From assembly GCA_036374335.1 (NCBI GenBank), contig DASUUC010000063.1:42811-106810 (forward strand): 64,000 bases of DNA, in the 5' to 3' direction. Both the position numbers and the translations under genes were made by a program. Under the pieces are notes generated by a model, which ran no database searches, was not told the origin of the DNA, and was given only the letters and a program-made list of their open reading frames with translations. This DNA is from Acidimicrobiia bacterium. GTDB taxonomy: Bacteria > Actinomycetota > Acidimicrobiia > Spongiisociales > ZC4RG35. Position 1 is the first letter of the stretch, and each line of letters begins with the position of its first letter. This document shows, piece after piece, positions 36,401 through 45,573 of the stretch.

Positions 36401-36906
36401 TTGAGGATTCCCGCCGCCTCTTCGATCACGGCGCGGTGCTCCTCCGGTGAGGCGTTGAGCACGCGCCCGATCTCGCCCTGCCCGATGATCACATGTTGGT
36501 GGCGGCCGACACCCGAGTCGGAGAGGAGGTCCTGGATGTCGAGAAGACGGCATCCGATCCCATTCAACTCATAGTCACTCGACCCGTCGCGATACAGCCT
36601 ACGGGTGATCGAGATCTCATCGAGGTCGAGGTCGATGAGACGCTCCTCATTGTCGATGACGAGTGTCGCCTCGGCCTTTCCCAGGGAAGGACGGGTTGCC
36701 GTCCCCGCGAAGATGACGTCCTCCATCTTGGGGGTCCGCAACGACCTGGTCGATTGGGTCCCCAAGACCCAGGAGAGGGCGTCTACCAGGTTCGACTTGC
36801 CCGCTCCGTTGGGACCCACGACCACGGTGACCCCCGGCCGGAACTCGAGACGAGTCCTGTCGGCGAAGGACTTGAAGCCCGCGACTTTCAGAGACTTGAG
36901 ATACAC
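33454..36906 (-). CDS. smc: Chromosome segregation protein SMC
   Basis: 1150 aa with Walker A GPNGAGKSN, long coiled coils, a hinge, signature LSGGE and Walker B FYVLDEVEAALD. Confidence 0.96.
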   Translation of the reverse strand: MYLKSLKVAGFKSFADRTRLEFRPGVTVVVGPNGAGKSNLVDALSWVLGTQSTRSLRTPKMEDVIFAGTATRPSLGKAEATLVIDNEERLIDLDLDEISITRRLYRDGSSDYELNGIGCRLLDIQDLLSDSGVGRHQHVIIGQGEIGRVLNASPEEHRAVIEEAAGILKHRRRKERSERRLERTDDDMVRLRDLLGEINRQMRPLRRQAKAAERYDGLKSQVTALRLYLAGQDLARIDRNLTMAVSEKSILTEGIEVDQKRLQELSDRLQHLTETAATVGAELDRDTSAAAMLETTAERLRRVASVAQERGRALSGRREAAAERRSDLEAESTAIGSELAAIEAEHKQAEIVATSAESAFRRFEDEERAIATQNSLSPEGALAAVRGELSALESSISRDEREMEKVVHRIDVLGSQIDEEQQEIDRINVEIQAMDSSIGGLQQAYESASSKRNMTQQRWSQAEETLDGARIEVASANARVEAISAALEARFDAGAHETAESAPGTLGSLTSQLDIPDGLEAAVSAALGGWADAVAFEDAESVHQAVEKVKGSGGGSVSVVSSVSETACPATEVAEALGLEALISRLGSRRHHGLASRLLGDVVLVEGWGAGWALIAKHPALRAVTPEGDLIAVSGVRIADPDGVGSAMLEAAEVAGEQASTALARAESLHTAAKRDFENTRQTERGALETLEQAESALAGLSEAMHRLQASVRGLAEERSRLDERRVSLDESLTVGHQQVETLRARLSALEGEESERLAMWEELEGRRAQLAADRESARSEWQEAATALRAVDERQKLLADRRQRIIDELGRLDLGWVDNTDPGRLEAIGDHARRAVTILDSRLNELRDRQAGFRERNETVRSELDAVRREHQARSERLAGARSRIGEIDVRLTELRMRKESVIESISRDADADLEEAMGASRPDLPEDADLEELMEGLVTRLRRLGPINPLAAREYRDLEERHTFLSEQMADVESSRFELRKVISALETEIQNRFDTAFGEVAEAYEKYFEVLFPGGRGTIRLMDSEDPQSGVVIDAQPLGKKVSQMTLLSGGERSLAALAFLFAVFEARPSPFYVLDEVEAALDDANLRRFLRIVDEFRERAQLIIVTHQQQTMGAADVLYGVTMEPGGSSQAVRKDMRQAFASDQVA

Positions 36907-37065
36907 GGCTGCCTACCTGGCAAATGACACGCTTGTCATTGGCGGTTCAGGCTAACTCGGTCGCCAGGTATCCCGCGCATTTGGAGCTCGCCGGGCTGTG
37001 AACCCCGGCGATCGAGTGTGCACGCCCACCGTGAACGCGCATCGCTGCACATTCGCCGCACCCTT

Positions 37066-37368
37066 TCACGGCACCCAAGGCCGGCGGCGGGCAGGATTCG
37101 GCTGGATGTAGAAATCGGTGAGGGTGGCATCGGGCGCCACCACGTCGGATTCCACCCCGACCACCCGTGCCCCGGCCGGACCGGCCCAGATCCAGTCGAG
37201 GATCTCGTCCACTCCCTCATCATGCCCCTGGGCGAAGATCTCGACCCGACCGTCGCTGAGGTTGCGCACCCATCCCACGAGATCCAGTCCGCGCGCCATT
37301 TGCCGGCAGGCCTGTCGGTAGCCGACGCCCTGCACATCGCCGGAGACATGGACATGCACCGCCTTCAT
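37066..37368 (-). CDS. acyP: Acylphosphatase
   Basis: It starts at MKAVHVHVSGDVQGVGYR (ATG 37368), overlapping the mutM stop by 4 nt. About 100 aa. Confidence 0.85.
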   Translation of the reverse strand: MKAVHVHVSGDVQGVGYRQACRQMARGLDLVGWVRNLSDGRVEIFAQGHDEGVDEILDWIWAGPAGARVVGVESDVVAPDATLTDFYIQPNPARRRPWVP

Positions 37369-38195
37369 CCGCGAGCCTGACAGTGTGGGCAGAAATGTGT
37401 TGATCGGGCTCGGATCACCGTCCTTTCGATGAGGGTCCCACAGACCAGACATGGCTCATCGGCACGGCCGTAGACCCGGAGACGGACCATGTTGTCCCCG
37501 GCGCTGCCATCTGGGAGCAGGTAGGCGAGGTCGTCGAGGGTGGTGCCACCACCGGCGATAGCGTCGGCGAGCACCGAGCGCACCGCCTTCAACAGTCGCT
37601 CCAGGTCGTCCAGGGTGAGCTCTCTGCCCGGTGTGAGTGGGTGGATCCCGGCGAGGTGGAGGGCCTCGTCGGCATAGATATTGCCCAGGCCCGCGATCGG
37701 GCCTTGATCGAGGAGAAGCGCTTTGACGGGTGCCGTCCTCGCCGAAAATCTCGCGGCCAGCTCGGCTGGTTGAGGCGGGTGTGCCCATGCATCGGGACCG
37801 AGTCTTCCCAACCCTGAGGTGGCGAGGTCGTCCTCGTCGTACACGGCCACGAAGCCAAAAGTCCTCGGGTCGATGAACCTCACCGCCGCACCATCGTCGA
37901 GCCTGGCCACGAAGTGGGTGTGAGGCACCTCGTCGTCGCCGTTCACCGACCAGCGGCCGGACATCCCGAGATGAGCCACCATGGTCTGACCGTCGTCGAG
38001 ACGGATAGCCAGGAACTTGCCGACCCGCTCGACGGCAACCACCCGTCTCCCCTCGAGGCGGGTGACGACCTCCTCGGGTGAGGCGTTGTGGCGCGCCGTC
38101 CGCACATGGCCGACGGTCACCTCCTCGAGGACTCGATCAACCAGGGCGGACTCGAGATGACGTCGGGTGATCTCGACTTCTGGCAACTCGGGCAA
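37365..38195 (-). CDS. mutM: Formamidopyrimidine-DNA glycosylase
   Basis: The N-terminus is (M)PELPEVE with a TTG start at 38195-38193. A C-terminal zinc finger is present (CLVCG...CPHCQ). Confidence 0.93.
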   Translation of the reverse strand: MPELPEVEITRRHLESALVDRVLEEVTVGHVRTARHNASPEEVVTRLEGRRVVAVERVGKFLAIRLDDGQTMVAHLGMSGRWSVNGDDEVPHTHFVARLDDGAAVRFIDPRTFGFVAVYDEDDLATSGLGRLGPDAWAHPPQPAELAARFSARTAPVKALLLDQGPIAGLGNIYADEALHLAGIHPLTPGRELTLDDLERLLKAVRSVLADAIAGGGTTLDDLAYLLPDGSAGDNMVRLRVYGRADEPCLVCGTLIERTVIRARSTHFCPHCQARG

Positions 38196-39130
38196 TGGTC
38201 GTCTCCTGGCCGCTTGCGGTTACCGTACCCAGGCCCATGGTCATAGTCCCTCGCGAGTTCGGTCAGGTCCTCACCGACGCCATAAATGGACTCGCCGGTG
38301 TCTGGCGAGTCCTCGTTTGGCCTGCGCTTCTCGTCTCGATTCCGGTGAGCATCGCCACGATCGTGGCGTTTGCGACCACGGGAGGCGCCGACTTCCTCGA
38401 CCTCGCGCTAAACAGCCCGGAGAGGCTGCAGGCCCTGCCCGAGGAGGTCTTTTGGGAGGTGGTGCGGCCGTTCTACATCGCCATCGCGATCGCCACCGCG
38501 CTGCAACTCGTCGCCGGGGTCTTCCTTGCTCTGCTCAGCCATCGCGCCGTCGCTTCCCATCTCAGCGGGCGACCGGTATCCAGCAGAGAGGCGGCTCGCC
38601 ACGCTCTGAGGCGATATCCCACGGGGCTCGGGGCGGCGCTGATCCTCACCCTGTTCGTCGGCATCCTCATTGCCATCGGAACCGTGCTTTGGCTGATGCC
38701 ATTGATATCGGTGGGCGTCCCCAACGCGGCGAGCGCTCTGGTGGCAATCGTCCTCCTCGTGGTGGTTCTCGGCCCCGGTATCTGGGCTGGAGTATCGGTC
38801 TCGATGACGACATCGGCGATCGCAGTCGAGAGCCGAGGGGCGGTCGATTCGATTCGACGCAGCATCAGGCTGGTCCGGGGCAGGTGGTGGGCCACTGCCG
38901 GTTTCCTCCTACTCGTGGGCCTCCTCGGCGGCATCGCCATCCAGCTCATCCAGCTCATCGCACTCCCCCTCGCAGTCGTAGGAGATGGCGGGCCCGCGCT
39001 GACCATCACCTCGGGTCTCGGCGCGTTGGCTCAGGGCCTTCTGGTCGCCGCCATTGCCGCGATGTACACCCACTGGTATGTGGACCTGCGATCTCGTACC
39101 GAAAGACTCTCTACCGAGAGTCTCGGGTGA
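38195..39130 (+). CDS. Polytopic membrane protein of unknown function
   Basis: About 6 hydrophobic segments. It is the only plus-strand gene inside the minus-strand smc..recG block. The start may be ATG 38195 or ATG 38237 (MVIVPREF). Confidence 0.65.
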   Translation: MVVSWPLAVTVPRPMVIVPREFGQVLTDAINGLAGVWRVLVWPALLVSIPVSIATIVAFATTGGADFLDLALNSPERLQALPEEVFWEVVRPFYIAIAIATALQLVAGVFLALLSHRAVASHLSGRPVSSREAARHALRRYPTGLGAALILTLFVGILIAIGTVLWLMPLISVGVPNAASALVAIVLLVVVLGPGIWAGVSVSMTTSAIAVESRGAVDSIRRSIRLVRGRWWATAGFLLLVGLLGGIAIQLIQLIALPLAVVGDGGPALTITSGLGALAQGLLVAAIAAMYTHWYVDLRSRTERLSTESLG

Positions 39131-39788
39131 GGGTCTGAATCGCCTGCCGGGCTGCCGCCTGCTCCGCTTCCTTCTTCGAACGTCCCTCCCCGGTCCCGTA
39201 CTCGGTCCCATTGACCGTGACCACCGCACGGAATCGCCGGGCGTGGTCGGGGCCAGTTCCGTCGACGTCATACACGGGACGGCTCCCGTCCCTGGCGGTC
39301 AGCTCCTGGAGCCGGGTCTTGTAGTCCTTCACGCCGGGCTGTTTGGCCCTTTCGGCGACCCGGTCGGCCCACAGCTCGAGAATCGCGGCGCGGGTCGGCT
39401 CCAGACCGCCATCTAGATACATGGCACCGATCACTGCTTCGACCGCATCGGCCAGGATCGAGTCCTTCTCCCGACCTCCCGTTGCTTCTTCGCTCGGAGC
39501 GAGCTCGACGTGGGTTCCCACCTCGAGAAAACGGGCTACTTCCGCCAGGGCACTCCGGCTGACGACCGCAGCACGGACCTTGGCCATCTGACCCTCGGCG
39601 AGTTGGGGGTAGGCCGCGTAGAGCAGATCGGTCACCACGAGCTGCAGCACGGCATCCCCGAGGAATTCGAGGCGTTCGTTGTCTTTTCGAGCCGGGTCAG
39701 CGGAGCTGACGGAACGGTGGGTGAGTGCCAGTCTCAAGAGTGCGGGCTCGGAGAAGCTGTAGCCCAGCCGCCCTTCGAGACTCATCAC
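39111..39788 (-). CDS. rnc: Ribonuclease III
   Basis: RNase III signature ERLEFLGDAVL and a C-terminal dsRBD (..GEGRSKKEAEQAAA). Confidence 0.95.
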   Translation of the reverse strand: MMSLEGRLGYSFSEPALLRLALTHRSVSSADPARKDNERLEFLGDAVLQLVVTDLLYAAYPQLAEGQMAKVRAAVVSRSALAEVARFLEVGTHVELAPSEEATGGREKDSILADAVEAVIGAMYLDGGLEPTRAAILELWADRVAERAKQPGVKDYKTRLQELTARDGSRPVYDVDGTGPDHARRFRAVVTVNGTEYGTGEGRSKKEAEQAAARQAIQTLTRDSR

Positions 39789-40786
39789 GACGGGCCTGTC
39801 GGATCCGACCCATCAGACTGCCCGAGAGCCCGGGCGATTCGGCCCGGGAGGTCTCGGTCAGCACTGTCGTGAGCCATCACCAGGGCGTTGGCGATCGCCC
39901 GCCGACTCGAGCTGCCATGTGCGATCAGAGCCGAGCCACGGACACCGAGGAGTTGGGCGCCCCCGTAGGTCTCCCAATCCATCCTCTCTCTGACCTGCAC
40001 GAGCACCGGGAGGACCGCAGACTGGATGTCGTCGCCCAGGGTGGAAAGCGCGTCAGCGATGTAGGTGTTCATCAGCGATGCGGTGCCCTCGGTGGCTTTG
40101 AGGAAGACGTTCCCGGTGAAACCGTCCGTGACGATGACGTCGACCTTGTCGGTGGCTACGTCTCTGCCTTCGATGTTCCCGACGAAATCAACAGGTCCTG
40201 CCTCGATCAACTCGTAAGCAGCCTTTTCCAGGGGACGCCCTTTACCTTTCTCCTCTCCAATCGACAGAAGACCGACTCGGGGTGGATCAGCACCGAGCAA
40301 TGCCCTGGCAGCCACCGAGCCCATGACCGCGAACTGCGCGAGCTGCTCGGCCGTGACTTCAGGGTTGGCTCCGGAGTCGAGGAGGAGCGTCGGCGTTCCC
40401 GAAGTTGGGATGATGGTGGCGATGGCGGGCCGCGCAACTCCCGGGATCCGTCCGATGATGATGGCGGCAGCGGCCATCGCGGCACCGGTGGAACCGGCAG
40501 ACACGAATCCGCCTGCCTCGCCGGAGGCGACGAGTTTGGCGCAGACACTGATCGAAGCCTCCGGCTTGTCGCGGAGGGCGCGGGCAGGGTCGTCTCCCAT
40601 GCCGATGACGTCGGGAGCATCCGTGATCGGAAGCTCGGTGTCGTGTCGTGCAAGCTGCTCCTCGAGGAGCTCCCGACTCCCGACCAGGAGAACATCTACC
40701 CCCCGGCGCGCAGCGTCGACCGCACCGGCAACCGTTTCGGAAGGGGCGTGATCGCCCCCCATTGCGTCGAGGGCGATGCGGGCCAA
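39785..40786 (-). CDS. plsX: Phosphate acyltransferase PlsX
   Basis: MARIALDAMGGDHAP.. N-terminus, 333 aa. Its stop overlaps the rnc start. Confidence 0.93.
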   Translation of the reverse strand: MARIALDAMGGDHAPSETVAGAVDAARRGVDVLLVGSRELLEEQLARHDTELPITDAPDVIGMGDDPARALRDKPEASISVCAKLVASGEAGGFVSAGSTGAAMAAAAIIIGRIPGVARPAIATIIPTSGTPTLLLDSGANPEVTAEQLAQFAVMGSVAARALLGADPPRVGLLSIGEEKGKGRPLEKAAYELIEAGPVDFVGNIEGRDVATDKVDVIVTDGFTGNVFLKATEGTASLMNTYIADALSTLGDDIQSAVLPVLVQVRERMDWETYGGAQLLGVRGSALIAHGSSSRRAIANALVMAHDSADRDLPGRIARALGQSDGSDPTGPS

Positions 40787-40790
40787 GGTC

Positions 40791-40967
40791 TCAGTCGACT
40801 TCTAGGACTTCGCGACCCGCATAGGTTCCGCATTCGCGACATGCGCGATGAGGCAGCTTGGGCTTGCCACACTGCTCGCAGGCAACCGTGCGCGGTGCCT
40901 GCACCTTCCAGGCCGCCTTGCGCTGACGTGTGCGGGACCGCGACATCTTCTTCTTGGGCACCGCCAT
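40791..40967 (-). CDS. rpmF: 50S ribosomal protein L32
   Basis: MAVPKKKMSRSRTRQRKA.. with a CxxC..CxxC zinc-ribbon form, 58 aa. The longer tracked ORF is a 5' extension. Confidence 0.93.
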   Translation of the reverse strand: MAVPKKKMSRSRTRQRKAAWKVQAPRTVACEQCGKPKLPHRACRECGTYAGREVLEVD

Positions 40968-40986
40968 CGGCGCACTCCTTGATCGA

Positions 40987-41478
40987 TCAGGAATCAAACA
41001 GGTCTTTGAGGACGGCGAAAGGAGAGTCGGATTCCTCTCCGTGGCCGTCACACGGGTCCACATTCAAGTCGGTTCCACAGATTGGGCAAAGTCCCTGACA
41101 GTCCGGGCGGCACAAAGGCGCCGCCGGCATGCTCAGTGCCAGCTCGTCTGTGGCCGGACCGCTGAGGTCTACCTGGCGGTCCACGATGGCGTAACCATCC
41201 TCGTCGGGAACCGTGGCGAAGTGCTGGGACCCACTTGCCTCGATCTCGCCCGACCATTCGGTGAGACACCGGACACAGACGAAGTGAGCCGGGGCGCGCG
41301 CGGCGAAATCGGCAATAACCCCGTCGACAGTCCCCCGGACCTCGCCCTTCACCTGCATCGGTCCTTGCACCGTGACCTCACCGAGACGCAATGAGACCGG
41401 ATGCTCACCGGAGACTTCTTTGATGGCTCCGGGATGTCCGACCAGGTCGGAAACGTCGACAATCAGTTCTCCGCTCAC
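40987..41478 (-). CDS. YceD/DUF177 family protein
   Basis: It sits in the conserved position upstream of rpmF and has the C-terminal Cys motif CRPDCQGLCPICGTDLN. Confidence 0.85.
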   Translation of the reverse strand: MSGELIVDVSDLVGHPGAIKEVSGEHPVSLRLGEVTVQGPMQVKGEVRGTVDGVIADFAARAPAHFVCVRCLTEWSGEIEASGSQHFATVPDEDGYAIVDRQVDLSGPATDELALSMPAAPLCRPDCQGLCPICGTDLNVDPCDGHGEESDSPFAVLKDLFDS

Positions 41479-41513
41479 CCTTGCGATGTTATTGGCGAGT
41501 GGTGCGCAATCGA

Positions 41514-42071
41514 CTAGACAGGCACATCGGGTGGCTTGGGGCGGGCCTGGTGAAACTCGGCGCGGGACCGCTGGACTCGGGAGGTCAATTCGACGAGCAG
41601 GTGCTCCAACTTCTGGAGATTCCGCTCGATGTCGTCCTCCGACTCGAGACGGAGCCGGCGAGCGTCTCCCTCGGCTCGGCGAACGAGGATATTGGCCTCT
41701 TCGACAGCCTCGGCCACGATGTTCGACTCGGCGACGAGAGCGTCCGCCTCCTGGCGGGCCTTGTCGATGATCTCGCGGGCTTTCTCATTGGTTCTGGCGA
41801 TGAAGGCTTCGCGTTCACGCACCATCCACCGGGCTGCCCGGAGCTCATCGGGCAGGCTGGCCCGCAGGGTCTCCAGCTTGGTGAGGAAGATATCTCGATC
41901 GACCAAGGCATTGGAGGACAAGGGCATCATCTTCGCCTCATGGAGGTGGACGATGAGATCGTCGACTATGTCGAGAATGTCTTCGGTCTCCGGCTGGGCG
42001 TTTGCCTGTGCATCAGCGGGCTCGGTGGCGTCGACGACCACCTCGGCTTCGGTGTCGGTGTCCTGGGTCAT
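41514..42071 (-). CDS. Acidic coiled-coil protein of unknown function (ATP-synthase-b-like / DivIVA-like helices)
   Basis: 185 aa with an acidic N-terminus followed by heptad-rich helices (..AREIIDKARQEADALVAESN..). It overlaps the coaD stop by 4 nt. Confidence 0.7.
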   Translation of the reverse strand: MTQDTDTEAEVVVDATEPADAQANAQPETEDILDIVDDLIVHLHEAKMMPLSSNALVDRDIFLTKLETLRASLPDELRAARWMVREREAFIARTNEKAREIIDKARQEADALVAESNIVAEAVEEANILVRRAEGDARRLRLESEDDIERNLQKLEHLLVELTSRVQRSRAEFHQARPKPPDVPV

Positions 42072-42547
42072 GACAGCTTCTCCTTGAGTGCTTTCTCCAC
42101 CACATCGGGGACCAGTCCGCCCACTGAGCCTCCCAAACGTGCGACTTCTCTCACCAGCGACGACGAGATGAACCTGTACTGAGGACGCGTCGGCAGGAAC
42201 AAGGTCTCCATGCCCGTCAGGTGATGGTTCATCTGAGCCATCTGCGTCTCGAATTCGTAGTCCTCCACGGTCCGCAGACCCTTGACCACCGTGTCGGCGC
42301 CAACGTCTCGGACGTGCTCGACGAGCAGGCCGCGAAACGATGTCACCTCGACGGCGTCTCCGAAGATCTCTGCGAGCAAGCTCGATCGTTCGGCCGGCGT
42401 GAACATCGATCGCTTCGATGGGTTGTCGATGACCGCCACCACCACCCTGTCGAAGAGGGAGATGGTGCGGCCGATCACGTCGACATGGCCATTGGTCGGC
42501 GGATCAAAGCTCCCCGGGCACAATGCCGTTCGCTGGGCCGTCTTCAT
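42068..42547 (-). CDS. coaD: Phosphopantetheine adenylyltransferase
   Basis: PGSFDPPTNGHVDVI motif, 159 aa. Confidence 0.93.
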   Translation of the reverse strand: MKTAQRTALCPGSFDPPTNGHVDVIGRTISLFDRVVVAVIDNPSKRSMFTPAERSSLLAEIFGDAVEVTSFRGLLVEHVRDVGADTVVKGLRTVEDYEFETQMAQMNHHLTGMETLFLPTRPQYRFISSSLVREVARLGGSVGGLVPDVVEKALKEKLS

Positions 42548-43088
42548 CTTCTTCTACCTTCTCGTATCTGATGATTCTGGTATCCCCGTAGCGTCTATCG
42601 GTGGCAACCCGCCAGGTTTCCGGTTGCTGTGGCACCCGATCGGTGTGCCGCCGGGAGACGACGACCTCGGCGTTGGGGAGCAGCAAACGGTCCAACTTGG
42701 CGAGGTCCTCCTCCATCTGTTCGGTGGGCTGGTCCCATGGAGGGTCGAGGAACACGAGATGGAAACGATGGTTGGCCTGGGCCAGGTAGTCCTGGACGGT
42801 GCTCTCGATGACGCTCCCGCCAAGCCCGATGGTCTCGACGTTGTGACGCAACGCTGCCAGTGCTTTTCTGCCCTTCTCGACGAAGACCACCGAGTTCGCC
42901 CCCCGCGACAGGGCCTCCAGGCCAAACGAGCCCGACCCGGCATAGAGGTCACCGACCAACGAGTCGACGACCCAGCTTCCGATCGAGGAAAAGACCGCCT
43001 CCCGCACCCGGTCGGTGACCGGTCTGGTCCCTTTGGTTTCGGGAGATTTGAGCTTCCGGCCCCCTGCCTCCCCGGCGATGATCCTCAC
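42504..43088 (-). CDS. rsmD: 16S rRNA (guanine966-N2)-methyltransferase RsmD
   Basis: MRIIAGEAGGRKLK.., with a SAM motif (DLYAGSGSFGLEALSRGA) and the DPPW motif (VFLDPPW). Confidence 0.9.
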   Translation of the reverse strand: MRIIAGEAGGRKLKSPETKGTRPVTDRVREAVFSSIGSWVVDSLVGDLYAGSGSFGLEALSRGANSVVFVEKGRKALAALRHNVETIGLGGSVIESTVQDYLAQANHRFHLVFLDPPWDQPTEQMEEDLAKLDRLLLPNAEVVVSRRHTDRVPQQPETWRVATDRRYGDTRIIRYEKVEEDEDGPANGIVPGEL

Positions 43089-43095
43089 GGCGCCC

Positions 43096-45294
43096 TCAGC
43101 TCACAAAGAGCCAGGCGACCTCATCACCGAGCAGTGCGGCGACCTCATCGCGAAGGCCAGGATGATTGGACAAGCTGGGGTCGGCATCGACCAGAGCGAA
43201 CGCGTCGCGCCGGGCGACGGTCAGAGTCTCGAAGTCGGAGAGGATGTCGGCCAGCTTCAGATCCTTGATCCCGGACTGCCGGGTCCCAAAGACCGTCCCC
43301 TGTCCCCGGATCCTCAGGTCCTCTTCGGCGAGGCGGAACCCGTCGTTGGTACCCACCATGGCGCCCAGCCTCTCTTCGCCCTCGCTGGTAGTTGGATCGG
43401 CGAGCAGCAGACAAACACCAGGGTGCTTGCCTCGGCCGACCCGGCCCCTGAGCTGATGGAGCTGGCTGAGACCGAATCGGTGGGCATCTTCGATCACCAT
43501 CACCGTGGCATTGGGCACATCGATGCCGACCTCGATAACGGTGGTCGAGACGAGAACGTCGAGCTCTCCGTCGCGGAATTCGGCCATGGTCTCCTCTTTG
43601 TCTGCAGGCCTCATCTGACCGTGGATGAGTCCCACTCGCAGGTGGGACATCAAACCGGAGAGACGTTCGTGCTCGGCGGTGGCCGAGGCGGCCTCGACCT
43701 TGGGGCTGTCTTCCACAAGCGGGCAGACCACGAAGGCCTGCCTGCCCTGGGCCACCTCATCGTCGATGATCTTCCAGGCGGCGCGCTCCTCCAATTTGGA
43801 CATCAGCTTTGTCTTGACCGGAGTGCGGCCGGGAGGCATTTCGTCGATCACGGACACGTCGAGATCGCCGTAGAGGGTCATGGACAAGGTTCTCGGGATC
43901 GGGGTCGCCGTCATGATGAGCAGGTCTGGCTCGGCGATTTCCGCCTTCTCTTTGAGCAATACCCGCTGGGCGACCCCGAACCGGTGCTGCTCGTCGACCA
44001 CAGCCACCCCCAGCCGGTGGAACTCCACACCCTCCTGAATCAGCGCGTGGGTACCAACCACCAAATCGACCTGACCGGAGGCGATGTCCTTTGCCAGCCC
44101 CACCCGACTGATGTCCGGGGCGTAATTGCAGGTTGCGGTCGAACCGGTGAGGAGGGCGACATGGACTGCGGGACCGTCTGATTTCTCGGCGAAGAGACTG
44201 TCCATTCCCAAATGGGTCTCCCCCAGCGGCGGGGTGAGACCGGCTTCGGCCAGCAACTCGCGGACACCGAGATAATGCTGTTCGGCGAGGACCTCGGTGG
44301 GAGCCATGAGCGCGCCCTGCCATCCTCCTTCGATACCCCGGAGAAGAGTCGCCACGGCGACCACGGTCTTTCCCGAGCCGACCTCTCCCTGAAGGAGTCG
44401 ATGCATTGGGTGGGCCGCCTTCAGGTCGGACTCGATCTCGTCGACGACCCGTTGCTGGGCTCCCGTCAGGTCATAGGGAAGGTCACCGAGGAAGCGATCC
44501 ACCAGCTCTCCGGTCGGCTCGTGTGGAATACCGACCGAGGCGGCCATCTGATGCCGCTTCTGGATGGCCAGGGCGAGTTCGAGGCGGAACAGCTCGTCGT
44601 AGACGAGACGCCGCCGGGCCGGGGCTACTTCTTCGAGGGACTCGGGGAAATGGATCGAGTCGAACGCTTGGGGGCGGTCCATGAGGCCGTTGGCTGCCTT
44701 CAATTCGGTCGGGATGGTGTCATCGATTGGCTGGGATCGGGTGAGGGCGTTGTGGATCGCCCTCCTCAGGTGACCGGGTCCCACTCCCCCGGCGGTGGGG
44801 TGAACGGGGACCACCCGCCCCACCGTGAGACCCTCCGAATCGTTCGACAGCACGTCCACTGCCGGCGTTTTCATCTGCAAAGAGCCGCGAAAGCTCTCCA
44901 CGACGCCCGAAAGGGCAACTTCCTCGGCATTCTTCAGCTGGTTGACCAGATAGCCCTGGTTGAACCAGACCGCTTTGATCACGGCGCTGTCGTCTTCGAT
45001 CATCGCCTCGACGATCTGGAGGTTGCGTCGGGGCCGACGATGATTGACGGACCTGACCCGACCGATGATGGTCACCTCTGATCCGATTGGAACCTGCGCG
45101 ATCGGCGCCTTTCGGGTGCGATCGATGTAGCGACGGGGGACATGGTGCAACAGTTCGGCGACGGTGCTGATCCCGGCGTCGGCGAGACTTTGGGATCGCT
45201 TGCCGCCGAGACCCTTGACCTGACCGACATCGACGGTGGCGAGTCGAGCGAGAGAAGCCACGTGAATACGGTAACCCCCGAGTGGGAGTTCCAC
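43096..45294 (-). CDS. recG: ATP-dependent DNA helicase RecG
   Basis: 732 aa with a wedge/OB N-domain, helicase motifs GEVGSGKT, DEQHRFG and ATPIPRT, and the RecG-specific QLRGRVGRG. Confidence 0.95.
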   Translation of the reverse strand: MELPLGGYRIHVASLARLATVDVGQVKGLGGKRSQSLADAGISTVAELLHHVPRRYIDRTRKAPIAQVPIGSEVTIIGRVRSVNHRRPRRNLQIVEAMIEDDSAVIKAVWFNQGYLVNQLKNAEEVALSGVVESFRGSLQMKTPAVDVLSNDSEGLTVGRVVPVHPTAGGVGPGHLRRAIHNALTRSQPIDDTIPTELKAANGLMDRPQAFDSIHFPESLEEVAPARRRLVYDELFRLELALAIQKRHQMAASVGIPHEPTGELVDRFLGDLPYDLTGAQQRVVDEIESDLKAAHPMHRLLQGEVGSGKTVVAVATLLRGIEGGWQGALMAPTEVLAEQHYLGVRELLAEAGLTPPLGETHLGMDSLFAEKSDGPAVHVALLTGSTATCNYAPDISRVGLAKDIASGQVDLVVGTHALIQEGVEFHRLGVAVVDEQHRFGVAQRVLLKEKAEIAEPDLLIMTATPIPRTLSMTLYGDLDVSVIDEMPPGRTPVKTKLMSKLEERAAWKIIDDEVAQGRQAFVVCPLVEDSPKVEAASATAEHERLSGLMSHLRVGLIHGQMRPADKEETMAEFRDGELDVLVSTTVIEVGIDVPNATVMVIEDAHRFGLSQLHQLRGRVGRGKHPGVCLLLADPTTSEGEERLGAMVGTNDGFRLAEEDLRIRGQGTVFGTRQSGIKDLKLADILSDFETLTVARRDAFALVDADPSLSNHPGLRDEVAALLGDEVAWLFVS

Positions 45295-45368
45295 CTGGGT
45301 GTAGCTATGATTACTTCCGGTCTACGGGATCCCCCGTGCCTCACTGACCACTCCAGGAGCGATTCGCC

Positions 45369-45557
45369 ATGTCCTATCGGTGCGAGATCTGCGGCAAAGC
45401 GCCCGGCTACGGCAAGTCCGTCAGCTTCTCCCACAAGCGCAACAACCGCCGCTGGCTTCCCAACATCCAAAAGATCCGGGTCAAGCACGGCTCGAACACC
45501 CGTCGTGCCCGCGTCTGCACCTCCTGCATCCGGGCCGGCAAGGTCGTCAAGGCCTAG
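45369..45557 (+). CDS. rpmB: 50S ribosomal protein L28
   Basis: [10 protein letters not shown]...[17 protein letters not shown].., 62 aa, divergent from recG. Confidence 0.93.
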   Translation: MSYRCEICGKAPGYGKSVSFSHKRNNRRWLPNIQKIRVKHGSNTRRARVCTSCIRAGKVVKA

Positions 45558-45573
45558 CGTCTAGTCTCCTCGC

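Noticed and set aside
36919-36942. Hairpin AATGACA-CGCT-TGTCATT (36923-36940) between acyP and smc, considered as a regulatory element or terminator
   Set aside because: It is a single 7-bp stem with no T-tract and no repeat elsewhere in the window. The evidence is insufficient to call a feature.
38167-39138. Alternative 323-aa frame over the membrane-protein locus
   Set aside because: It gives an Arg/Pro/Gly-rich translation. The 38195..39130 frame gives regular hydrophobic helices.
39725-41098. 457-aa plus-strand ORF across plsX/rpmF (similar cases: 43015..44181 and 44212..45081 antisense to recG, 41481..42182, and 42282..43268)
   Set aside because: These are antisense artefacts. The minus-strand genes are highly conserved housekeeping genes in conserved synteny.
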